A stretch of DNA of 64,000 bases from an uncultured Hyphomicrobiales bacterium (GTDB taxonomy: Bacteria > Bacteroidota > Ignavibacteria > Kapaibacteriales > UBA2268), in contig CAZCHH010000003.1 in assembly GCA_964498585.1 (NCBI GenBank), positions 9,333 to 73,332 of the forward strand, read 5' to 3'. Each line of letters opens with the position of its first letter. Position 1 is the stretch's first letter. The notes under the pieces are model-generated. The model was not told the DNA's origin. It did not search any database and worked only from the letters and a program-made list of their open reading frames with translations. This document shows, piece by piece, positions 9,329 to 18,824 of the stretch. The position numbers were made by a program, and so were the translations under genes.

Positions 9329-10246
9329 ATGAAATTAAAACACATCGTAGAATCGCAACAATTTACAGTTCCATTACTTTTAGAACTGTTTGAACGAACA
9401 AATCAAATGAAAAAAATCGTAGCCCGTGGCGGAACGAGAGATTATCACAATAAAATTATGGCAAATCTCTTTTATCAGCCATCAACACGTACCCGTTTTT
9501 CATTTGAATCAGCAATGTATCGCCTTGGTGGAAGTGTAATCTCTACTGAACAGGCAACTGAATTTTCATCTGAAATAAAAGGTGAAATGCTAGAAGATAC
9601 AATCCAAATTATTTCTAATTATTGTGATGTAATTGTCTTGCGTCATGATGAGGAAGGCGGAGCTAAACGTGCCGCTGCTGTTTCTCCTGTTCCGATTATT
9701 AATGCTGGCGATGGCTCTGGCGGGCAGCATCCTACTCAGGCATTATTAGATTTATACACTATTTTTAATGAATGCCATACTCTTGATGGCTTGTCAGTTG
9801 CTATTATTGGCTCATTAGACCACGGAAGAACTGCACGCTCACTTGCATATCTGTTAAGCAAATTTGACAGAGTAAAGCTTTATTTCATTGCTCCTGATGA
9901 ATTGCAAATTAAGCAGGATATTTTGGAACATCTTGAAGAAAAAAATGTATGGTATCAACTATCAAATACAACTGAAGACATTATTAACAGAGTAAATGTA
10001 GTTTATCAAACCCGCATTCCAAGAGAACGGTTAAAGAATAAAGAACAGGATTTATCAACTTTTAATATTGATTCTACCGTTTTGCAAAAAATGAAATATG
10101 ATTCTATAATAATGCATCCATTACCCCGCTCTGTTGAAATAAATCCAGTAATTGACACTGACCCAAGAGCTGCATACTTCCGTCAGGCACAAAATGGATT
10201 GTATGTGCGTATGGCTTTGCTTACTATGGTTTTTGATGAAGATTAA
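9329..10246 (+). CDS. pyrB: aspartate carbamoyltransferase catalytic subunit
   Basis: 'STRTRFSFE', 'HPTQALLD' and 'HPLPR' motifs. Length 305 aa. Confidence 0.9.
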   Translation: MKLKHIVESQQFTVPLLLELFERTNQMKKIVARGGTRDYHNKIMANLFYQPSTRTRFSFESAMYRLGGSVISTEQATEFSSEIKGEMLEDTIQIISNYCDVIVLRHDEEGGAKRAAAVSPVPIINAGDGSGGQHPTQALLDLYTIFNECHTLDGLSVAIIGSLDHGRTARSLAYLLSKFDRVKLYFIAPDELQIKQDILEHLEEKNVWYQLSNTTEDIINRVNVVYQTRIPRERLKNKEQDLSTFNIDSTVLQKMKYDSIIMHPLPRSVEINPVIDTDPRAAYFRQAQNGLYVRMALLTMVFDED

Positions 10247-10373
10247 TAATAAAGTAAGTATAAAACTTCAAAAAAGAAAATCTTTTGGAACAAGTAGTAG
10301 ATTGATTCAAAGCATTAAATATAAAAAGCTCTTCCACATTTACTCAAATATGGAAGAGCTTTAAAAAATAAAA

Positions 10374-11477
10374 TTATTTCTTTATGAACTCAACTCTTCT
10401 GTTTTTAGCTTTATTTTCAACAGATGTATTTGGTTCTATTGGTTCTGATTGCCCCTTTCCGTCAGTATCAATTCTATCTGAAGCAATACTAAATTCACTT
10501 ATAAGAGCATTTTTCACATTAGCAGCTCTTCTTTTAGACAAATCTAAATTGGATTTTTCATTTCCGTCGCTATCGGTATGCCCTACAACAATTATTTTCA
10601 AATCCGGATTGTCTTTTAAAATTGTAGCAATTTCTTTTAATGCACCATAAGATTCTGGCTTAACTTTGTCTCTGCCACTATCGAAATAAATGCCATAAGA
10701 GATAATTTTCCCTTCGGTTAAAAGCTTGCTTCTGTTGTCTTCACTTGCGTCTGCAACTCTGAAATTAGACATATATACCAAACAGCTATAACCAGTAAAA
10801 ATTCTGAATTGTCTTATTTTTGCATTCGGAACAAAAGCACGTTGGACATCGAAAACTTTGGTTTGGTTTACGTATAATCGCATACGGGTGTTTTGAATCC
10901 AAATAGAAATATGAGCAACTTCCCCTTTTTTAATTCGAGCTTCAGATTTCGTATTTTGTCCGTCAAAATCTTTATTGTTGGGTGCATCATAAGCTCTAAA
11001 AAAAGCACCTTCGGTTGGAGTATCTTCCAAAACCAAAGAGAATTCAATACCACATTTACCCGGGCAAGTAATATTAGCATATAAATCTGGGTCTTCTTCG
11101 TTTAACTCGAAAAGAGTTATGATAGATTCACAGCCGGTTTCTTCTTTGTCATTGAAAAAAACATCAAATTCAATAGTAAAATTTTTATCAACTTTTAAGC
11201 CGTCAAGTAGATAAAAATTTGCTTCTTCATTCATCATTAGCCATTTGCCGGGGAAAAGATTTGTTTGGATAACCTCGCCTGATGAATTAGTATTCCAGGA
11301 AATCGGGAAATCTCCTATTGCAGTTTCGCTGAAATCATCGAAAAACAATACTTTGTTTCCAGGAACGAAATCAAACTTTGAATAAGTTTTTAAATCTTCT
11401 GTTTGAGCGAAGATATTTACGCTAAAAAAAATGCTAATAAATAGCATAATAAAAAAAATCACGTGTTTTTTAATCAT
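10374..11477 (-). CDS. OmpA-family outer-membrane protein
   Basis: Signal peptide plus a C-terminal OmpA-like peptidoglycan-binding domain ('LKIIVVGHTDSDGNEKSNLDLSKRRAANVKNAL...RRVEF'). Confidence 0.8.
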   Translation of the reverse strand: MIKKHVIFFIMLFISIFFSVNIFAQTEDLKTYSKFDFVPGNKVLFFDDFSETAIGDFPISWNTNSSGEVIQTNLFPGKWLMMNEEANFYLLDGLKVDKNFTIEFDVFFNDKEETGCESIITLFELNEEDPDLYANITCPGKCGIEFSLVLEDTPTEGAFFRAYDAPNNKDFDGQNTKSEARIKKGEVAHISIWIQNTRMRLYVNQTKVFDVQRAFVPNAKIRQFRIFTGYSCLVYMSNFRVADASEDNRSKLLTEGKIISYGIYFDSGRDKVKPESYGALKEIATILKDNPDLKIIVVGHTDSDGNEKSNLDLSKRRAANVKNALISEFSIASDRIDTDGKGQSEPIEPNTSVENKAKNRRVEFIKK

Positions 11478-11761
11478 ATTTCTCTACTCATATTATTTAA
11501 CAAAACAATTAGAAATATTGATTCAATATGAATCATTCATCTTTTTAGCAAATATAGTAAAATTTTTCAATAAATTTAAATTTTTTGATATTTTTTCTTA
11601 TACAAATTCCAATATAAAATGTCATAAATAATATTAATATATGAATTTACATTCTGACATCTGTTAGATTGTAAAATATAATGATGACAAATCAATTTAA
11701 AAAAAGGTCTTCATTTATTGTGATATAAGGAATGATGTTTTTAAATTCCCTTAACTCATTC

Positions 11762-13069
11762 TTAACTCATTACTCTTCGCCAAAAATCTGATGAAAATTT
11801 CGGGTCAATATATTCTGAAAATTCTTTCCAGTTAGGATAAAACTTTTTGAAATCTTCTCTCTTCATTCTTGCATCTTTTGCCGGATAAAGCACCCCACCG
11901 GCATTAACTACCAATTCATCTAATTCATCGCAAAGTGATAAAGTTTTTTTATTACTTAAAGGAAAATCAATAGCAAGAGTAATTCCCGGTCTTGGAAACG
12001 ATAGCATTCCAGGTGATTGTATTTCACCAAACGTTTTTAGAACTGTTAAAAATGATGAAATACCAGATTTTGCTATGAATTTCATAATTTTTTTCAGATT
12101 ATTCAAACCATTTTTGAATGGTATAACAAATTGATACTGAACAAAACCACTTTTGCCATACATTTTATTCCAGTTTAATATTGCATCTAAAGGATAGAAA
12201 AAATCGTTGTAATCAACAATTTGCCTTTCAGTAGGATTTAATTGCTTATTAAAATAAAGCATATTGAACGCATTTACTGAAGCTTCATTAATGAAATTAA
12301 AATTGAAAGGAAATGGAATAGAATTAATTTGCTTTTCTTTGGGAATAGAATGAATTTCAGGATTAGCGTGATTTCCTCTGTTAAACAAGCCGCGACCAAG
12401 CCGTCCGCCAGTAGCAGTGCAATCAACCCATGCAACTGTGTAATCATAATTCTTTTCAGAATCTTTGTTAATTTCAAAGAACTCTTCTAAAGAATCAAAT
12501 TTAATACTTTCCATTGCAATAAATGGAGAAGTGCACTTTTTTATATTAAATTCAGCCCAGGTAATTAAGCCGGTAAGACCTAATCCGCCAATAGTAGCTG
12601 CAAACATATCAGAATTTTCATTTTTTGAGCAAATCATTTTCTCACTATTTGAACGAACGAGTTCAAATTGCTTTACGTTGCATCCGAAAGTGCCGCTTAT
12701 ATGATGATTTTTCCCGTGAACATCGTTACCAATAGCACCACCTACGGTGATATGTTTTGTTCCCGGAGTGGAAGGAAGAAAATACCCGTAAGGGATAATA
12801 AAATCTAAAATGGAAGCGAGTGTAGCTCCACTTTCACAGCGAAAAATTGATTCTTCTTTATCAAAACTTATAAAATGAGAGAGCAAATGAGTATCTAAAA
12901 TAGTTCCACCGCTATTTTGACAGCTGTCGCCATAGCTTTTACCAAATCCGAAAGGAAGGATTGAATTTGAAAATTTATTAAAATCGGGTAAATTACTAAT
13001 CCATTTTAAAAAAATAATTTCTTCTGGCGAGTGTTCGGGATACAATCCCCACGATTGATGTGTTTTCAT
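11762..13069 (-). CDS. FAD-binding oxidoreductase, DprE1-like (decaprenylphosphoryl-beta-D-ribose oxidase family)
   Basis: N-terminal PCMH-type FAD-binding region ('GFGKSYGDS...ITVGGAIGNDVHGKNHH'). Size is about 435 aa. It is co-operonic with UbiA and HAD genes, with a 4-nt overlap to UbiA. Confidence 0.65.
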   Translation of the reverse strand: MKTHQSWGLYPEHSPEEIIFLKWISNLPDFNKFSNSILPFGFGKSYGDSCQNSGGTILDTHLLSHFISFDKEESIFRCESGATLASILDFIIPYGYFLPSTPGTKHITVGGAIGNDVHGKNHHISGTFGCNVKQFELVRSNSEKMICSKNENSDMFAATIGGLGLTGLITWAEFNIKKCTSPFIAMESIKFDSLEEFFEINKDSEKNYDYTVAWVDCTATGGRLGRGLFNRGNHANPEIHSIPKEKQINSIPFPFNFNFINEASVNAFNMLYFNKQLNPTERQIVDYNDFFYPLDAILNWNKMYGKSGFVQYQFVIPFKNGLNNLKKIMKFIAKSGISSFLTVLKTFGEIQSPGMLSFPRPGITLAIDFPLSNKKTLSLCDELDELVVNAGGVLYPAKDARMKREDFKKFYPNWKEFSEYIDPKFSSDFWRRVMS

Positions 13070-13971
13070 AAAGTTGCTAAAAATAGAATTATGGCAGAAA
13101 TAAAACCTAAAATATAAGTTAATCTATCTTTCAGAAAAAATGAAACTGGGTCGTCAATAAGTTGTTTCCTTGAAGCAAGAAACCACATACGCATAATCCA
13201 AAAAAGAGCAAAAACAGCAACTATCCAAAGTAACTCTGGTTTTGAATATAATGTATCTTCATTTTTACTAATTAAACCATTTGCGCTCTTGCTATTAATA
13301 TATAAAGTCAGAACAAGCACCGATAGGAAACCTGTTGTAATTCCTATTTGATGCATTATGCTTAAATCCTGAACAGTGTAACCTCTTCGCCTCGCTTCTA
13401 TCCCATTGTTATCTTTTATTATATTAAGTTCTGCGTACCTTTTTATTGTTGCAATACTTAAGAAAAAGAATATAGAAAATTCTGTCAGCCATATCGAAAT
13501 AGGAATGTCAACAGTATAAGCACCAGCCATAATTCTTAAAGTATATAAAAACGAAAGTACAATAATATCAATTATATATATTTTCTTTAATATTAAAGAG
13601 TAAAGAGTTGTGAGTGTTATATAACTGATTAAAATAACTATAAATTCAATATTTAAAGCAATAAGAGCAATTCCTAAACTAATTGTAAAGAAAAGCGGAG
13701 CAATTACATATCCATAAGAAATTGGAAGTTTTCCAGATGCAAATGGTCTGTTTTTCTTTGTTGGGTGATTTCTATCAGACTCAATATCTGCGATATCGTT
13801 AATAACATAGACGGCAGAAGCAGCTAAACTAAATGAAATAAATGCTAAAAACAGGTTAAATATTGAATAATAGTCTTCTATTCTATGAGCCATTATAAGT
13901 GGTAGAAATAGCAAGAAGTTTTTTACCCACTGATAAACACGTATTTGCCTGATAAATAATTTTAATTGCAT
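13066..13971 (-). CDS. UbiA-family prenyltransferase (decaprenyl-phosphate phosphoribosyltransferase-like)
   Basis: Polytopic membrane protein with the UbiA motif 'NDIADIESDRNHPTKKNRPFASG'. Confidence 0.8.
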   Translation of the reverse strand: MQLKLFIRQIRVYQWVKNFLLFLPLIMAHRIEDYYSIFNLFLAFISFSLAASAVYVINDIADIESDRNHPTKKNRPFASGKLPISYGYVIAPLFFTISLGIALIALNIEFIVILISYITLTTLYSLILKKIYIIDIIVLSFLYTLRIMAGAYTVDIPISIWLTEFSIFFFLSIATIKRYAELNIIKDNNGIEARRRGYTVQDLSIMHQIGITTGFLSVLVLTLYINSKSANGLISKNEDTLYSKPELLWIVAVFALFWIMRMWFLASRKQLIDDPVSFFLKDRLTYILGFISAIILFLATL

Positions 13972-13972
13972 A

Positions 13973-14527
13973 TTATTTAGTATATATTATTTCTTTGATT
14001 TTTGTTACTTTTTCTACTTTTTTTATTAAATGTTTTGACGGATTAACTAAAATTGCTCCATTTGCTGCCTGCCATATCGGAATGTCAGCGTAACTATCGC
14101 CAGCATAGTCAAATCCCTTTTCTCCAAACATTCCCACTAATTTATCACGCTTGTTTTTTCCTTTTAAATTAAAATCCTTACGGCTTGATTCTACAATATC
14201 GAAAATTTGAAGGTGATTAGCAATTTGGTCTGCAATTTTTTTTGTGCTTGCAGTTGCCAATACTACTATTCTGTTTTCATCTTTTGCATTTTGGATGTTT
14301 TTTATAATTTTCTTATTAAATGGTAAATTAATAACAGGTAATGTTACTCTTTCGCTTATTTTTTCTTTAAAATTTTCTTTTCCTTTCAATAGCCAGAAAG
14401 GAAACAGGATTAAAACAACTGGATTCTTTTTTATTGACAAAAGAAAGGATTCAATTAAAGAATCAGTCAGAATTAAAGTATTATCCAAATCAATACACAA
14501 AGCAATTTTATTTTTTTCTTTTATCAT
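13973..14527 (-). CDS. HAD-superfamily hydrolase/phosphatase
   Basis: N-terminal HAD motif I 'ALCIDLDNTL' and a C-terminal 'GDSYADI' motif. It lies 1 nt from the UbiA gene. Confidence 0.6.
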   Translation of the reverse strand: MIKEKNKIALCIDLDNTLILTDSLIESFLLSIKKNPVVLILFPFWLLKGKENFKEKISERVTLPVINLPFNKKIIKNIQNAKDENRIVVLATASTKKIADQIANHLQIFDIVESSRKDFNLKGKNKRDKLVGMFGEKGFDYAGDSYADIPIWQAANGAILVNPSKHLIKKVEKVTKIKEIIYTK

Positions 14528-14574
14528 AGTTAAAAAAAGTAGTATATACTAATTTGTTTTTATATTTAGAATTA

Positions 14575-14900
14575 TTGTCATTTCTAATCACGAGATAAAG
14601 CAATTACTTAATTTAAATTGAAATGACATCGTTAAATCCGTCATTCTGACGTATGTCAAAATCCATCTTATTATTATTCAAAGCTATTCAATTTTAACTA
14701 TTTCATTGAAGCATTTGGGCTTGCACAAATGAAACATGTTAGCAAGCTCACTTGCTTTTCCAATATGGATTCTGGCATACGCCATAATGACAAGAAAAGA
14801 TGTCATTTCTAATCACGAGATAAAGCAATTACTTTATTTAAATTGAAATTACATCGTTAAATGCGCCATTCTGACGTATGTCAGAATCCATCTTTAAAAA
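14575..14900. repeat. two ~97-bp direct repeats (14575..14672 and 14806..14900) flanking further palindromic elements (cattctgacgtatgtcagaatc; ttgggcttgcacaaatg; ggattctggcatacgccataatgac)
   Basis: The two copies are near-identical: 'gtcatttctaatcacgagataaagcaattactt(a/t)atttaaattgaaat(g/t)acatcgttaaat(c/g)cg(t/c)cattctgacgtatgtca(a/g)aatccatctt'. Confidence 0.85.
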
Positions 14901-15121
14901 TCAACTATCGTGTAAACCTGATGGTTGATATATATTTTTTCGGATATTAATCATAGGTTTTACTAACAACTAAAGACCAATAACATCGCTTTTTTACAAC
15001 CAAAACTTTGCGAAAGTTAAAATCTAAACTTTCTAAACTTTTTAAAATTTATATCTTTTCATTTAACTAAAGCTTTATTCAGGTAATTCAGAAAAACTAA
15101 GTTGAAATTAAAGATAAAGAT

Positions 15122-16171
15122 TTATTCATCATCACCTTGGAACCAGGTAACGCTTCTCATATCGTTATTGAAATTGGGATCATTCTTTTTCGAGCTAATT
15201 CTTTTCTTAAGTAATTCGCCGAATTGAGTTGCAGGATTATAACCATATACTCTTAACAAATAATTAAGTGCAATTGCTTCGGCAAGCACAGCTACATTTT
15301 TTCCGGTACTAATAGGTAAAACAATAGTAGGAATTTTTACTCCCATAATATCAGTTAAAGATTCTCTGTCACCGAGCCGTGTATATTCATCTTTTGAATC
15401 CCATTCTTCAAGTTCGACTAAAACTTCAACTCTTTTTTGGAAACGAACAGCTTTAATACCAAACATTTGACGAATATCGATTAATCCAACTCCCCGAATT
15501 TCCATAAAATGCTTTGCTAAATTTGATGAAGTACCCATTATAGTAGTATCACGCTTATTACAAAGGATTACGCTATCATCAGCAACTAACCTGTGTCCTT
15601 TTTCAATCAGCGCCAGAGCTAATTCGCTTTTACCAATGGCTGCTCGTCCGTGAAAAAGAATACCAACGCCAAACACATCAATTAAAGTTCCATGAGCCAC
15701 TTGCTGTGGTGCGAAATAGTCATCTAAATATTCTGATAAAAAAATAAATGTATGATTTGTAGTTTTATCAGTCCTGAAAATTGGCACTTTGTTTTCTTTA
15801 GCTATTTCAATTAGAAAATCATCAAAAGCATTGTTATTTGTTAAAACAATACAAGGAATTTTATTTTCTACTAAAGTTTGAAAAGATTTAATTCTCTTTT
15901 GCTTGGACAAACTATTTAAATAATATACTTCTGTATTGCCGAAAATCTGAACGCAGTTTCGACTATATTTCTCGTAGAAACCAGTTAATGCTAATTGAGG
16001 TCTATACAGACTCTTTTCAGATAAAAGATTATTAAGACCAGCATTTCCGGTTAAGCACTCATAGAACAAAGGTTCTCCTTTTAAGGAATCAATTCTGAGA
16101 GCAGGTTTCTTTATAGTTTCTGCTTTTAGTCTGTTTGACAATGTATCGGCAATATAATTTAAATTTTCCAT
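15122..16171 (-). CDS. hprK: HPr kinase/phosphorylase
   Basis: P-loop region 'FGVGILFHGRAAIGKSELALALIEKGHRLVADD' is the HprK signature. Confidence 0.85.
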   Translation of the reverse strand: MENLNYIADTLSNRLKAETIKKPALRIDSLKGEPLFYECLTGNAGLNNLLSEKSLYRPQLALTGFYEKYSRNCVQIFGNTEVYYLNSLSKQKRIKSFQTLVENKIPCIVLTNNNAFDDFLIEIAKENKVPIFRTDKTTNHTFIFLSEYLDDYFAPQQVAHGTLIDVFGVGILFHGRAAIGKSELALALIEKGHRLVADDSVILCNKRDTTIMGTSSNLAKHFMEIRGVGLIDIRQMFGIKAVRFQKRVEVLVELEEWDSKDEYTRLGDRESLTDIMGVKIPTIVLPISTGKNVAVLAEAIALNYLLRVYGYNPATQFGELLKKRISSKKNDPNFNNDMRSVTWFQGDDE

Positions 16172-16676
16172 CTAAAAACTAAGATAATTAAACATTACTG
16201 AACTTTATTCATTGGGAACAGGGGATGGGTGTTGAATTTGTTTCCGTAGTGAACTTTCAACAGCCATTTTTCTCTTCAATTTCCTTAAGCAATTCGTTAT
16301 AGCATCAAGCATTTGTTGTTTTGTATTTGTAGCGAAAAGTTTTTTTGGTGTAAAATCAGACATATTATTTCCTTTCTAATTAAAATAATATGCAAATTTA
16401 TGAAAAATGTTATAATTTTTTAGGAAATTTTCATATTTAGTAATAAAAGAAAAAATTAAATACGATTTTTTCCAATAAAATTTCGGCTAAAGGAGTTCAA
16501 ATGTTACAATATATTATCACAAATGGGGAAATTATGTTATTATTTCACTTTACGCATTCCCCTTTTGAGAGTAATGGCAGGGAGATAAGCGAATAATTCA
16601 AAATTTTTACATACATAAATATTTATTTAACTTATACAATCTTAAATATAAACTATAATAACTTTAATAATAAGAC

Positions 16677-16776
16677 CTTTTAACACCTCCCCTGCCCCTC
16701 CTTGTAGGAGGGGAATAAGAACTGTCCTGTGTTTTAGCGTTCCCCCTCCTAACAAGGAGGGGAAAGGGGAGGTGTA
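16677..16776. repeat. GC-rich ~100-bp palindromic (cruciform-capable) element, copy 1
   Basis: 'cacctcccctgcccctccttgtaggaggggaataagaactgtcctgtgttttagcgttccccctcctaacaaggaggggaaaggggaggtg'. Outer stem is cacctcccct/aggggaggtg plus two inner hairpins (cccctcc..ggagggg). The overlapping 64-aa ORF 16664..16858 is judged spurious. Confidence 0.8.
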
Positions 16777-17217
16777 TTATTCTTGATTTTAACACTTTAA
16801 TTCTTTTAATTTTTATTATTATTTTACAAATAATTACGACTACTTGGAATTTAAGCAATTATCCATAATAATTAATTTCTTTTCTCTGTGACATTACTCT
16901 TGAGAGGGGAATAAGAAAAGTGGATTAAAAAATGTGAGAAAACTACACTTTTTCATTTCTCAAAAGAGGAATTGCGTAAGGTGAGTTATTATATTTAAAT
17001 GATTTTCGAATAGTAGTCGTCTTATGTATAAATAGGTAATAAAAATAATATGTCCTCAAGCAGTAATTCTGTATTGATATTTTTTACCTTTGTCAGTTTA
17101 TATTATTAGGAAATAAACTTTAATTCATAACGTCAATCTACATTAAACAGAATATTTTTATTTTTAAAGTATCATAACATTCAAATACTAAAGTATTTAT
17201 AAAAATTAAGAACAAAA

Positions 17218-18822
17218 ATGCAAAAATATTTAATTTTAATCCTGTTATTCATATTTTGTTTTGCAAATTCATTATTTCTTCAACCATCTGAAAATGTGCG
17301 AATAATTAATGAACAAACTGCAAAATTTAAAGAAATTTTGGATATTGCAACACAAAATTATGTAGATTCTGTTGATATAAAAAAGATTACAGAAGCTGCT
17401 TTTTCTGCTATGCTTAAAGAACTTGATGATTACTCTAATTATCTTTCAGCTGAGCAATACAAAAGAATTTCTGAAATTAATAAAGGAAAAAGCATCGGTT
17501 TTGGTATTAATGTTGTTCAGATTGAAGATAGTATTATTGTTGCCAATGTTGTAAAAAACAGCTCTGCAGATTCTAATGGAATTGTAATTGGCGACAAAAT
17601 TATTTTCATTGACGATATTAAAACTACCGGGAAAAGTATTCAGGAAATCAATAGTTTATTTAGTGGTCCGAAAGGCAGCCAATCGAAATTTATTATTAAA
17701 AAAAATATTGATGATGAAATTAAGGAACTGCTGCTATATCGAAATGATTGTCAAATAAAATCAGTATATTCTTCTTTCATTATTCCTGAAACAGACATTG
17801 CTTATATAAAAATCAGTTCTTTTTCAAATGAATCTGCTGTTGAGATAAAAGATGTAATTAATAAGCTGATTCAAACTGGAGCAAAAAATCTTTTATTTGA
17901 TTTAAGAAGTAATAATGGCGGTTATTTAGAAAAAGTATTAGAATTGCTTGCCCTGTTCTTCAAAAAAGATGATTTGCTCGTTTATACTGAAGCAAGAAAC
18001 AATAACTATTCAATGAAAAAAGAAGTTGAAAAAGAAGGAGAATTTACTGATATACCTGTTATTGTATTAACAGACAATCATACTGCGTCAGCAGCAGAAA
18101 TCTTTGCTGGTGCTATGCAAGATAACGACAGGGGAATTATTATTGGTGAACTGACTTTTGGTAAAGGGCTTGCTCAGAAAATGTGGGAATTCAAAGATGG
18201 TTCTGCCTTTGCTCTTACTATTGCACGATACTTTACTCCTTCAGGCAGAACTGTTCAAAAGAATGTCCAAAATACTCAAAACCTGATTTTTGATGATTCT
18301 ATTGGATTAGATAAAGAAAAAATTAAGGTATATGAAGATATTTACAAGCGAATTGGCAATCAAAAGAGTTTGCCGATATTTAAAAGTAAAAAAGGCAGAG
18401 ATATAGTTGGTGGTGGTGGAATAATACCCGATGTCGTTGTATTTAACGATTCTTTAACTATGCTTACTCAAGTACTTAAAAGCAGAAGCATATTCTTCGA
18501 ATTTGCACTTCTATTCTTGAAATATAATGGAGAAGAAATTCGTCTTAAATCGTCAAATGATTTTTTAAATTTTGCAAAATACTTTATAGTTGACGACAAT
18601 TTACTATCAAAATTTAGAGAATTTTGCAAAATGAAAAATATCTGGAATGAACAAATGTTTTTAACAGATAAGGATTACATAAGTAATTTTATAAAAGCAG
18701 TAATTTCAAATGTGCTTTGGGGTGATGACGGCTTCTTTTCTGTTAGCATATCCAACGACAAACAAGTGTTAAAAGCAATTTCTTTATTCAAAGATGCAAA
18801 AGAACTTTTGGAGTTAAAATAA
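17218..18822 (+). CDS. S41-family C-terminal processing peptidase
   Basis: PDZ plus an S41 catalytic region 'VLTDNHTASAAEIFAGAMQDNDRGIIIGELTFGKGLAQ'. Confidence 0.85.
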   Translation: MQKYLILILLFIFCFANSLFLQPSENVRIINEQTAKFKEILDIATQNYVDSVDIKKITEAAFSAMLKELDDYSNYLSAEQYKRISEINKGKSIGFGINVVQIEDSIIVANVVKNSSADSNGIVIGDKIIFIDDIKTTGKSIQEINSLFSGPKGSQSKFIIKKNIDDEIKELLLYRNDCQIKSVYSSFIIPETDIAYIKISSFSNESAVEIKDVINKLIQTGAKNLLFDLRSNNGGYLEKVLELLALFFKKDDLLVYTEARNNNYSMKKEVEKEGEFTDIPVIVLTDNHTASAAEIFAGAMQDNDRGIIIGELTFGKGLAQKMWEFKDGSAFALTIARYFTPSGRTVQKNVQNTQNLIFDDSIGLDKEKIKVYEDIYKRIGNQKSLPIFKSKKGRDIVGGGGIIPDVVVFNDSLTMLTQVLKSRSIFFEFALLFLKYNGEEIRLKSSNDFLNFAKYFIVDDNLLSKFREFCKMKNIWNEQMFLTDKDYISNFIKAVISNVLWGDDGFFSVSISNDKQVLKAISLFKDAKELLELK

Positions 18823-18824
18823 TT

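Noticed and set aside
14575-14900. Possible CRISPR array from the ~97-bp direct repeats
   Set aside because: There are only two copies, separated by 133 bp of other repeat modules. The repeat is far longer than CRISPR repeats, and no cas genes are in the window.
16664-16858. 64-aa ORF on the minus strand
   Set aside because: It lies entirely within the GC-rich palindromic repeat. Its Pro/Arg/Gly-rich composition is a translation of the repeat itself, and it has no RBS.
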